Assembly (NCBI RefSeq): GCF_013415365.1
Contig: NZ_JACBYB010000009.1
Span: 24,779 to 48,778, forward strand
Length of the DNA: 24,000 nucleotides
Direction of reading: 5' to 3'
Source: Gemella sp. GL1
GTDB lineage: Bacteria; Bacillota; Bacilli; Staphylococcales; Gemellaceae
Shown here: in pieces, positions 8,219-16,436 of the stretch
Layout of the letters: each line of letters begins with the position of its first letter
Position numbering within the stretch: position 1 is the stretch's first letter
The notes under the pieces: model-generated
Database searches by the model: none
Told to the model about the DNA's origin: nothing
What the model saw: the letters and a program-made list of their open reading frames with translations, nothing else
Translations under genes and position numbers: made by a program

Positions 8219-11200
8219 CTAATTTAGACATATCAATCCTTGTTTCATATAAACCTGTTATTGATTGGTTTATTAAGGTAGCCCCCAGACATTCTTTTAT
8301 ATCTTTTGTAGTTGTATATCTTCTTCTACCTATACTCTCTCCAAAAAATTTAAAAGCAGACGGCGCTCCCATAGATGTCAACTTCAATAAATTAGCAAAA
8401 GATTCAGCATATAAAGATATATCTCCATCTTTATTTTTTTCAAAAGTAGTTTTTATTTTCTCCATATTAGTATCTGCTAGGATATTTTTATTTTCAAATT
8501 TTATAACTTCTTCTAGTAAATCCTCGTACATATTTCGAGATTTTTCTACCTTTTCAAGTACTGCTTTATCACTTATCCTAGAGTAATTCTCAGAAAGATA
8601 TAATAATTCAACTAAATCTTTATTCAATCTAAATTGATTTCCTTTCTGAAGTTCCTTACTACTAGCTAACATTCTTCTTCTACCATTATCTAACTCAAAA
8701 AGACTATACTTAGGAAGAATTATATATTCTTTGATTTCCGAATATCCTCTATCTTTCAAATACTCGATAGGATTTTTTTCAAATTTAGTCCTATCCATAA
8801 CACTAATACCCAATAATTCTTTCACGAGATTTTTAGATTTATCTTTTTTGTACCCAACTAGAGCTAGTGTATAGGCTATTACAGGAGTATTAACACCCCC
8901 ATATTTGCTTGGCGATAAATAAAAATCACGTGTTTTTCTTGCTATTAACTTATCTGAATCTCCAGCAGAAAGTATAGTTTCTTTTGAGAAAGAACCCTTT
9001 TGTTTTTCTACTTTCTTAACAATATTAATTTGACTATTGTACAATACTTTTTCTACATACTTATTGAAACTTATATTATATTTTTTCCCTTCCGATATTG
9101 CTTCTTTCTTAGGATCTATTTCAAAGAATTTTAAAATATTATCCAAGAATTTTCTCTCGTAATCTGCTTTATTACGTCCATAACTTCTATAAGCATTGTA
9201 ATCACCATAAAGGAGCCTAGATTTTAATTTTGGATAGGCAGTTAAAAGACTAGATGCCACTAAAACAGCCAAATATGCATCATGAGCATGATGAAAATCA
9301 TTCAGACTTCTTACCTTATAAAACCCAAAAGATCTCCTAAATCTAGATATCATTTCCGACTTCAAGGTAATTATATTTACCAATCTATCATTGGATTTAT
9401 CCTTATAATGAGCAGAATTAAACTTATTATCCAATATACTTGCTACATATTTAGTAATTTGTCTCGTTTCTACTAGCTGCCTATTAATAAATCCTTCCTT
9501 ATCTTCTTTACTTATTCCTCCTCTTTCAGTTTTAGTTAAGTTTAAGAATTTTCTTTCGCTAATAAGCCCTGCTTTTTGTAGCCTTTCCCAAGTAGATTTC
9601 ATTCTGGTCACTACTTCCTTACTAGGAACATCATCAGTTTTACCTCTATTTTCTTTTGAAGAAGTTAATACTTTATTATCAATAGAATTATCTTTAATAT
9701 ATGATTGAGGTATAATATGGTCTATATCATAACTATTAAAATCATTATAGTCAATAGGATCCCCTGTATACATATCTTTGGCATTTTGTAAGTAATATAA
9801 ATATAATTTTTCTTTTTGCAATTCAGCGTTAGTAACTGGATATTCTTTAAGTATATCACTTCCCAACTCATCAATACCTTTTTTTAATTTTTCTAATCTT
9901 TGAGGGGCTCTATTACTGCTATTTTGAACTTCTCTAGCCATTTCTATAACAATATCCTTAGGCGCTTGTCCTCCCATAACTTGAATAATTTCTTCTACTA
10001 TTTTTAGAGCATTCAAGATACCCTTTTTAATAGCTGGTGACCCTGGTAGTTTAGCAACTATTTCTGAGAAGTTTTTCTGATATTCTAGCTTTTGATTTTT
10101 AGTAATCTCATTCTTAAAATCCAAGTCATCACTATTAATTAACTGCATCAAATTGCGATTATCAGGTTGATTATCTATTAAGAAGTCTAAAATATTCTTA
10201 CCACTTTCCCTGTCATATAAACCTACTAATAATTTTTTTGACAATCTTCCCCATCCTGTATATTTCTTCTTAGATAAAGTGTTAATATCCTTATCAGAAA
10301 TAAGTGATTTATACTTATCTAATTGTGATTTAATAATTGAAGAATCTTCAAAAACAGTTAAAGTTTTTATAATATCCTCTATCACTTCTTCATATTCGGC
10401 ATTATCAATAATATTGGCCAATGATTCAATCTTTCTTAAATCATGATATGTTGCAAAAGAAGAATTAAATTTACCATTATCTAAACCTATAATTTTAATA
10501 TCATCAAGATTATATTCACTTAACAAGAAATTCTCTATATCTTTTTCCTTAACTTTCACTTTTTGTTTAAAGATATTATTAAATATTTCTGATTTTTGCT
10601 TACTTGTTAAATTGTTGACTCTTCCATCTCTTTCATATTTGACCTTAGTTAATTCATTAAAAACCATATATTTTTCATAAATTAAACTTTTTTTAGGTAA
10701 AACTTTTTCTTCTGGTAGATATTGACAAAAACTTGTCATTCTAGTAATAAATTTTTCTGCTGAAGCTGTAGTATCTACTACTTTTTCAAAGTTCCAAGGT
10801 CTAATCTTTTCATCAGATTTTCTCTCTATCCAAGCAAAATTTCCTTTATTATCCTTTTGTGCCAATGGTCCTACATAATAAGGTATTCTAAAGGTATGTA
10901 ACTTCTTAATTTTATCAAACTCTGTTTCTAAAAATGGATAATGCTTAGATTGGTTTTTTAGTATAGTTTCTAATTCCTTATGATGTAATTGATGAGGAAT
11001 TACTCCATTATCATAAGTTCTTTGTTTTCTTAAAAAATCTCCTTGCTCTATTTTTGTTAAAAAATAGTCTGCAGATTCCGATTTTTGAAGAAACTTTTTT
11101 GTATATGCCTGAAATTCTAACTCACTTATTTTTCCGTTAATATAAGCAGCATATCCATTTTTACTTTCATCTTTGAAATACTCTACATAAATTTCTTCAA

Positions 11201-12254
11201 AATTCTTCCTAAAGAATTTTTTTAATAATCTTAGATCATTTTTGTGAGTATTGTATCTATCAATCATGGCAGATGAAACTTTCGCCTTAGATTTTTTATT
11301 CGCACCTGAAATAATATTTGACAAAATTCCCCCATCATGAACAGATTTAGCTAAAGCAAATAAGTCTGAATATTCATCACCTATTTTCCCTAACAATTCT
11401 TCTAACTTCATATCATATTCATCTGATGCAATCTTAAATTTAAAATCTTCTTCTAAAGAAAAATCTGTCTTGAAATTTACTTCTAGTCCTGTAATAAGTT
11501 TCAAGAAGGAGATTAATAACTTATCATTCTTTTTATTTAATGATAGAGTAGCTACAATTTTTTCTTGCTTTCTAGTTGAAGATAATTTTTCCTTAAGTAT
11601 AGCCTCAACATCCACAACTTGAGCTAGTTCTATTGATTTAAAATCATCTCTTTCACTAAAGACACTATTATATTCATTAATGAAGTTTACAAAAGTTTCA
11701 TTTACAGATGAAGAATCTAAGTCAATATCTCCTTCTAGTAAGAAATGCCCTCTATATTTAATAATGTGGACAAGAGCAAGATAGACCAATCTTAAATCTT
11801 TCTTTTCTTTTGAATTAACCAAATCATCTCTTAAATGATAAATTGTCGGATATTTTTTATAATACTCAACTTCTTCTTTCTTAGTTTGAAAAATAGGATA
11901 CTTATCATACTTTTTGTCTTTTGGAACATAAAAACTTTCATTTAAACGAACAAAGAAATTTTCATCAACTTTTGACATTTCCTTAAGGAAAAGTTCTTGT
12001 AACCAGATAATTCTCTTTCTTCTTCTCTCTAATCTTCTCTTAGCAGTTCTATTTATCCTCCTATCTTCTGCTGTATTAGCAGAATCAAATAATAAAGTAC
12101 CTATTAAATTTTTCTTAATACTTTTTTTATCAGTATTTCCTCTAACAGTAAATCTCTTACTTATTAGTTTATTATCTTGATCAAGAACAGCCCAACCAAC
12201 CGAACTTGTACCAATATCTAATCCTATTGAATATGATTTTTCTTTTACCATCAT
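8205..12254 (-). CDS. cas9: Cas9, type II-A, SpCas9-like (1349 aa)
   Basis: RuvC-I motif [16 protein letters not shown] (Asp13) and arginine-rich bridge helix [20 protein letters not shown] motif [10 protein letters not shown]...DNKVLT...NRGK; RuvC-III motif [12 protein letters not shown]-terminal PAM-interacting tail [10 protein letters not shown]...[29 protein letters not shown] at 12266-12261. Confidence 0.98.
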   Translation of the reverse strand: MMVKEKSYSIGLDIGTSSVGWAVLDQDNKLISKRFTVRGNTDKKSIKKNLIGTLLFDSANTAEDRRINRTAKRRLERRRKRIIWLQELFLKEMSKVDENFFVRLNESFYVPKDKKYDKYPIFQTKKEEVEYYKKYPTIYHLRDDLVNSKEKKDLRLVYLALVHIIKYRGHFLLEGDIDLDSSSVNETFVNFINEYNSVFSERDDFKSIELAQVVDVEAILKEKLSSTRKQEKIVATLSLNKKNDKLLISFLKLITGLEVNFKTDFSLEEDFKFKIASDEYDMKLEELLGKIGDEYSDLFALAKSVHDGGILSNIISGANKKSKAKVSSAMIDRYNTHKNDLRLLKKFFRKNFEEIYVEYFKDESKNGYAAYINGKISELEFQAYTKKFLQKSESADYFLTKIEQGDFLRKQRTYDNGVIPHQLHHKELETILKNQSKHYPFLETEFDKIKKLHTFRIPYYVGPLAQKDNKGNFAWIERKSDEKIRPWNFEKVVDTTASAEKFITRMTSFCQYLPEEKVLPKKSLIYEKYMVFNELTKVKYERDGRVNNLTSKQKSEIFNNIFKQKVKVKEKDIENFLLSEYNLDDIKIIGLDNGKFNSSFATYHDLRKIESLANIIDNAEYEEVIEDIIKTLTVFEDSSIIKSQLDKYKSLISDKDINTLSKKKYTGWGRLSKKLLVGLYDRESGKNILDFLIDNQPDNRNLMQLINSDDLDFKNEITKNQKLEYQKNFSEIVAKLPGSPAIKKGILNALKIVEEIIQVMGGQAPKDIVIEMAREVQNSSNRAPQRLEKLKKGIDELGSDILKEYPVTNAELQKEKLYLYYLQNAKDMYTGDPIDYNDFNSYDIDHIIPQSYIKDNSIDNKVLTSSKENRGKTDDVPSKEVVTRMKSTWERLQKAGLISERKFLNLTKTERGGISKEDKEGFINRQLVETRQITKYVASILDNKFNSAHYKDKSNDRLVNIITLKSEMISRFRRSFGFYKVRSLNDFHHAHDAYLAVLVASSLLTAYPKLKSRLLYGDYNAYRSYGRNKADYERKFLDNILKFFEIDPKKEAISEGKKYNISFNKYVEKVLYNSQINIVKKVEKQKGSFSKETILSAGDSDKLIARKTRDFYLSPSKYGGVNTPVIAYTLALVGYKKDKSKNLVKELLGISVMDRTKFEKNPIEYLKDRGYSEIKEYIILPKYSLFELDNGRRRMLASSKELQKGNQFRLNKDLVELLYLSENYSRISDKAVLEKVEKSRNMYEDLLEEVIKFENKNILADTNMEKIKTTFEKNKDGDISLYAESFANLLKLTSMGAPSAFKFFGESIGRRRYTTTKDIKECLGATLINQSITGLYETRIDMSKLGEDK

Positions 12255-12292
12255 ATAACTCTCTCCTTTGTTATGTTACTATAATTAATTAT

Positions 12293-12301
12293 ATTATAGC
12301 A
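12293..12301 (-). promoter_or_regulatory. candidate cas9 promoter (extended -10 TGcTATAAT)
   Basis: Minus strand TGC (12301-12299) plus TATAAT (12298-12293), ~40 nt upstream of the cas9 ATG. There is no good -35 (TTACAA sits at 19-nt spacing), so the call rests on the extended -10. Confidence 0.4.
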
Positions 12302-12342
12302 CATACTAGGCTATTTTTTGTAAGCATTTTTATAAATTTCAT

Positions 12343-12370
12343 TTGACTTTTAATTTTTTTATGCTATAAT
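12343..12370 (+). promoter_or_regulatory. tracrRNA promoter
   Basis: TTGACT (12343-12348), 16-nt spacer, TGcTATAAT (TG 12362-12363; -10 at 12365-12370); predicted TSS ~12377. Confidence 0.6.
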
Positions 12371-12376
12371 ATAGTT

Positions 12377-12466
12377 ATTGGAAATATTCCAAATAACATA
12401 ACGTGTTAAAATAAGGCTAGACCGTAATCAAATATTTTTATATGAGTCCCGTTTCGGGCTTTTTTT
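12377..12466 (+). ncRNA. tracrRNA: tracrRNA (~90 nt primary short form)
   Basis: The anti-repeat (~12374-12412) includes AAATAACATAAC (12391-12402), a perfect complement of repeat GTTATGTTATTT, and TTAAAAT pairing with the GTTTTAG repeat 5' end. A nexus-like AAGGCTAGACCGTAATCAA follows (12413-12431; SpCas9 tracr has AAGGCTAGTCCGTTATCAA). Stem-loop 2 is ATAT-TTTT-ATAT (12432-12443). The terminal hairpin CCCG-TTT-CGGG (12448-12458) is followed by T7 (12460-12466). Confidence 0.85.
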
Positions 12467-12500
12467 ATTTTTATACATCTATAAAAAATTCACCAAGATA

Positions 12501-12548
12501 ATTAATAATTTACTTCATTCCTGAATTTATGAAATGTAAATTATTAAT
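12501..12548. repeat. AT-rich imperfect inverted repeat (18-bp arms)
   Basis: ATTAATAATTTAC+TTCAT (12501-12518) versus ATGAA+(AT)+GTAAATTATTAAT (12529-12548): a 13-bp perfect arm plus a 5-bp arm with a 2-nt bulge, and a 10-nt loop. Confidence 0.6.
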
Positions 12549-12580
12549 AAAAAACACCTCAAATATTGAGATGTTTTATT
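12549..12580. terminator. bidirectional terminator between tracrRNA region and end of polysaccharide operon
   Basis: ACACCTCAA-ATA-TTGAGATGT (12554-12574, 9-bp stem with one mismatch) is flanked by an A-run upstream and a T-run downstream. It lies ~120 nt past the SDR gene stop on the minus strand. Confidence 0.55.
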
Positions 12581-12701
12581 TGGAAAATATTTAATATGGC
12601 TTTACAACCAACAAGAGGATTAACAAAATTGAATTGTTGGTCAATAACTATACACTGTACAAGCATAAATGTACATATGATAAGAGAGTATAAAATAATT
12701 T

Positions 12702-13748
12702 CTATTTTAACAATTCTATAGTTCTTTGTATACCTTCTACTATAGTGTATCTAGGTTTCCAACCTATAGAGGAAAGTTTATGTCCATTTAATCTAGCCTT
12801 AGTTGCTTTACTAAATCCCTTGCTTTCTATTTCATCAGGTAATTCAAAAATAACTTCTTTTCCTACTTGTTTTGCTATTAAGTTTGCTAAATCTTTTAAG
12901 GTGATGTCCGATGATTTATCTGCAATATTATATGCTTCTCCAGATTCTCCCTTTGTAAGAATTGTTAATAATCCTGATATAGCATCCGCTACATAGGTGT
13001 AAGAGTAATATTGATTACCCTCGCTTTTAAGTACTATATCTTGATTATTTATGGCTTTAAAGATAAATTGACTTATTGCCTTACTGTCTGTTGACAAAAT
13101 AGTTGGTCCGTAAGAACGTGTAAATCTAGGTATTACTATATCTAAGCCTTTTTGTTCTTTATAAGCTTGACACAGTGCTTCTCCAGCTCTTTTTGATTCT
13201 GGATATCCTGCTCTTAAGGTATTAGAATTTATATAACCGCAGTAATCTTCATCGAAAAGTTCTACATCACCTCTATTTTCTCCGTAGATTTCATTCGTAG
13301 ATGCAAAAGCAAATCTTTTAACCTTAAAATCTACACATAAATCTAACATATTCTTTAGACCAATAATATTAGTAGTTATTGTTCCTATTGGATCACTGGC
13401 ATATTGTAATGGATGCGTATTAGAGGCTAGGTGAACTACATATCCTAAATTTTCAGCCTTAAAATTAAGTGGCTCATTAATATCATAAGGTATAAACTCA
13501 AAATATTTTTTATCAAAATAAGAAAATCTTTCTCTAGCTTTATCTGCATTTCTTCCTAATGCATATATTTTGCAATTAAGTCCTGTTTTCTCATTTCTTT
13601 CAGCTATAACATCTACTAAAAATGAACCTAAAAGACCTGTTGCTCCAGATATTAAAATAGATGAGTCTTGAAACTTAGACCAATCCAGGTCTAAGTTTGC
13701 TACATAGTTAACATCATCTAAATATAATTTATGTTTAAAAATCCCCAT
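12702..13748 (-). CDS. extended short-chain dehydrogenase/reductase (NAD-dependent epimerase/dehydratase family); candidate CDP-ketose / ketose-phosphate reductase
   Basis: 348 aa with Rossmann motif ISGATGLLGSFLV and catalytic YPESKRAGE (YxxxK). Last gene of the operon, directly after the IspD/TarI-like gene. Confidence 0.8.
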   Translation of the reverse strand: MGIFKHKLYLDDVNYVANLDLDWSKFQDSSILISGATGLLGSFLVDVIAERNEKTGLNCKIYALGRNADKARERFSYFDKKYFEFIPYDINEPLNFKAENLGYVVHLASNTHPLQYASDPIGTITTNIIGLKNMLDLCVDFKVKRFAFASTNEIYGENRGDVELFDEDYCGYINSNTLRAGYPESKRAGEALCQAYKEQKGLDIVIPRFTRSYGPTILSTDSKAISQFIFKAINNQDIVLKSEGNQYYSYTYVADAISGLLTILTKGESGEAYNIADKSSDITLKDLANLIAKQVGKEVIFELPDEIESKGFSKATKARLNGHKLSSIGWKPRYTIVEGIQRTIELLK

Positions 13749-13757
13749 AATCTTCTC

Positions 13758-14480
13758 CTATTTAAGCCACTTATCTTTATCTAATTTTAGATATGCCTTA
13801 AACATTTCTAAATCATCTTTTGTAGTTAGCTTAATATTTTTATCAGATCCCTTGGCAAAATATAACTTCTCTCCTAAATCTACCATCATAGTATTAGTAT
13901 ATGATGAACCATAAATCCCTATCTTTTTATCAAATGCTTCCTGATACTTAGTATATAATAAATTATAATTATATGCTTGTGGCGTTGCTACACGTCTTAA
14001 GGTTTCTCTTACAACATATTTTTGAGTAGTATTTTCATCATCTTCATCTATTACAAAAATTTGTTCATTATAAGGTAATGAGGTTACTCCATTTCCATAT
14101 TTTTTAGCTTTAGCAATTACATCTTCTAATACACTGTCGTCCACTAAAGGTCTTATTCCGTCATGAATAATTACAATATCATCTTCAGAAACTGTATCTT
14201 TTAAATTATATACCCCGTTTCTAATTGATTCCTGCCCTGTTTCTCCACCAGAAATAACCCATTTAAGTTTATCAATATTGAACTGCTTTGCATAAGCCCA
14301 TAATACATCATGCCAACCATCAATACACACAACTTCTATTGCATCTATTAAGGGATTTCTTTGGAATGATTCTAATGTATAAATTATTACTGGTTTATCA
14401 TATACATTTATAAATTGTTTTGGTATATCTTGGCCCATTCTAGACCCCGAACCACCCGCTATTATTATTGCTATATTCAT
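13758..14480 (-). CDS. IspD/TarI-family cytidylyltransferase (CDP-alditol synthesis)
   Basis: 240 aa. The N-terminus NIAIIIAGGSGSRMGQDIPKQF is the signature of the IspD/TarI nucleotidyltransferase family. Confidence 0.85.
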   Translation of the reverse strand: MNIAIIIAGGSGSRMGQDIPKQFINVYDKPVIIYTLESFQRNPLIDAIEVVCIDGWHDVLWAYAKQFNIDKLKWVISGGETGQESIRNGVYNLKDTVSEDDIVIIHDGIRPLVDDSVLEDVIAKAKKYGNGVTSLPYNEQIFVIDEDDENTTQKYVVRETLRRVATPQAYNYNLLYTKYQEAFDKKIGIYGSSYTNTMMVDLGEKLYFAKGSDKNIKLTTKDDLEMFKAYLKLDKDKWLK

Positions 14481-14501
14481 AAAATTCTCCTAAATTGTAT
14501 T

Positions 14502-15326
14502 TTATTCTCCTAAATCAATTATATCATATTGATGTGGTACTCTCTTTTCTACTGGTGGAAGCTCCATATAGTTAGGACCATATATAGCACTTAAATACAA
14601 ATCATATTTCTCAGGTACCCTTATCTTAACAGTCTCAAAATCTAGATAAGACCCCTTTCCAAAATGTGATGTAGGTACTATTTCCTTTAACTTATAAGCA
14701 CCCGATAAGTTACCCGAGTACTTTTCTGTCATATTATATTTTGACAATGTCTTTATATAATATTTTTGACACTTTTCATAAGGTAGTATCTTTTCTATCT
14801 TGGTTACTTCAGCAAATTTAATCAAAGCTCTTTCAATAAAAGGTCTATCATCTTTGTTCTGATTAACAATTTTATCAAACTGTGACAATTGAACCAACAT
14901 TCTAGAAAACAAGTACGTCTTCTCATGAATAAACCTAGAAAACTTACCTTCCGGCATCCCATCTATTGGAAATATATCTATCCATATGCTTTGTAGATGA
15001 GCTACGTTACTATAAGTCATTTTAATCTTTGTACTTGTATCTTGAATATTTATGAAAGCTTTTGTAAATGATGGTGTATTTTTTTCAGATATACATTTAT
15101 AAGGATTCTTAAATTCTGTTTCGGGTAAATTCATCAAAATTTCATAATCTTCTCTAGGCATTCCTAAATCAATATCATCATCCCAAGGAATAAACCCCTT
15201 ATGTCTTACAGCTCCTAATAAAGTCCCACCAAGAGCATAATATCTTAAATTATGTTTTTCGCAAATTCTTATAAACTCCAAAAGTATTCCTACTTCTTTT
15301 TTTTGTATTGTTTTTATACTATCCAT
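14502..15326 (-). CDS. LicD-family phosphotransferase (alditol-phosphate / phosphocholine transferase family)
   Basis: 274 aa with YYALGGTLLGAVRHKGFIPWDDDIDLGMPREDY, the LicD/fukutin-type DxD nucleotidyltransferase-fold motif. Confidence 0.85.
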   Translation of the reverse strand: MDSIKTIQKKEVGILLEFIRICEKHNLRYYALGGTLLGAVRHKGFIPWDDDIDLGMPREDYEILMNLPETEFKNPYKCISEKNTPSFTKAFINIQDTSTKIKMTYSNVAHLQSIWIDIFPIDGMPEGKFSRFIHEKTYLFSRMLVQLSQFDKIVNQNKDDRPFIERALIKFAEVTKIEKILPYEKCQKYYIKTLSKYNMTEKYSGNLSGAYKLKEIVPTSHFGKGSYLDFETVKIRVPEKYDLYLSAIYGPNYMELPPVEKRVPHQYDIIDLGE

Positions 15327-15348
15327 TACACATACCTTCTAAATTAAA

Positions 15349-16323
15349 TTACTTAAGCTTCAATAATAATTTATATAAATTTTCATTTATCATAAGCATT
15401 GTCATAGCCAATTTTCTAGGATTTTTAACATACTTGTTTTTTAAAATATCAATATACCTTCCCTTTAAAAATTTTATAACCTTTTCCTTATTTTCTAAAT
15501 CATCAAAGTTGTCAGTCTTTAACATTCTATCTAAAATATAAAAATTACTCCAATATAATCTATATTCTGCTCCTTCTAAAAATTTGGGATTATTTTTTAA
15601 AAGATTATAATTAATCTTATGCGCCTCAAGAACAGCTAAATCCGACTTAGTATACGGAGAATTGACAATACTTCCTTGTCTTTTTACATATCTATATAAT
15701 GGTTGTCTTATTTCTACTGCCTTTTTACAATCCAGAAAATAAGGAATCGTAAAAAAAGCATCCTCATATGTTTTTCCAACAGGAAACTTATGCTTTAAGG
15801 CAATTTCTTTCTTATATAATTTTGTCCATAGGTGCATTGTAATATTATTAGAATACAATACATTTTTTATAATTTCTTCTCCACTGTAAACAAACTTTTC
15901 TTTTTTTTCACTATATTTAGGTTTATCCGTGATATTTTCTACATTTTGATAATCACAATAAGCCAGATCTGCTTTACTATCTTCAATTTCTCTATATAAA
16001 ATTTCATACATATTTGGCTCTATAAAATCATCTGAATCTACAAAACCTATATATTCTGCATTTGATCCTTCCATTCCTACATTTCTGGCATCACTCACTC
16101 CACCATTTTCTTTATGAATAACTTTTATTCTAGCATCCTCATTAGCAAGCCTATCACATAATTCAGAAGAACCATCTGTTGAACCGTCGTCAACAAGAAT
16201 TATTTCTATATTTTTTAAAGTTTGATTTCTAACTGATTTTACAGAGTCCTCTAAATAATCTTTTACATTGTACACAGGAATTATTACTGAAATTAGAGCT
16301 TTATTCATTATATTACTCCTCAT
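15349..16323 (-). CDS. family 2 glycosyltransferase
   Basis: ISVIIPVYNVKDYLEDSVKSVRNQTLKNIEIILVDDGSTDGS and FVDSDD (DxD). The likely true start is the second ATG at 16308-16306, because codons 2-3 of the long ORF (AGGAGT) form an RBS 7 nt upstream of it. Confidence 0.85.
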   Translation of the reverse strand: MRSNIMNKALISVIIPVYNVKDYLEDSVKSVRNQTLKNIEIILVDDGSTDGSSELCDRLANEDARIKVIHKENGGVSDARNVGMEGSNAEYIGFVDSDDFIEPNMYEILYREIEDSKADLAYCDYQNVENITDKPKYSEKKEKFVYSGEEIIKNVLYSNNITMHLWTKLYKKEIALKHKFPVGKTYEDAFFTIPYFLDCKKAVEIRQPLYRYVKRQGSIVNSPYTKSDLAVLEAHKINYNLLKNNPKFLEGAEYRLYWSNFYILDRMLKTDNFDDLENKEKVIKFLKGRYIDILKNKYVKNPRKLAMTMLMINENLYKLLLKLK

Positions 16324-16436
16324 ATTTTAAAAATATTTTTTCTTACTATTCATAAAATTGCACATTATATCTTTTAATTATACCATTATATCGATTATAT
16401 TTCTATAAATTATATAGTTTCATTTAAACTTAATAT

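Noticed and set aside
9282-9476. 64-aa plus-strand ORF inside cas9
   Set aside because: It is antisense to the strongly supported cas9 coding sequence, with no RBS and an AT-rich random-looking translation.
8205-12254. Alternative subtype assignment (II-B or II-C) or a degenerate/dead Cas9
   Set aside because: csn2 is present downstream of cas2 and there is no cas4. Repeat, tracrRNA and Cas9 length are II-A/SpCas9-like, and the RuvC and HNH catalytic motifs are intact.
12270-12279. Repeat-like GTTATGTTAC in the cas9 5' UTR considered as a Cas9 self-target or PAM-flanked autoregulatory protospacer
   Set aside because: The nearest GG (minus-strand AAAGG at the RBS) is offset by 2 nt from the end of the match, so it is not a proper NGG-adjacent target. 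A 9-nt match is within chance expectation for AT-rich DNA. It is kept only as part of the broader hypothesis in the findings.
12529-12721. Two small plus-strand ORFs (21 aa, 12529-12594; 41 aa, 12596-12721) considered as anti-CRISPR or small-protein candidates next to the cas locus
   Set aside because: Neither has a convincing Shine-Dalgarno sequence. The first overlaps the inverted repeat and terminator hairpins, and the second runs into the 3' end of the convergent SDR gene. They are most likely non-coding.
12745-12996. 83-aa plus-strand ORF
   Set aside because: It is antisense within the SDR gene, which has clear Rossmann and YxxxK motifs; no independent support.
15308-15541. 77-aa plus-strand ORF
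   Set aside because: It is antisense across the LicD/GT2 junction, and the hydrophobic low-complexity product is typical of AT-rich antisense frames.
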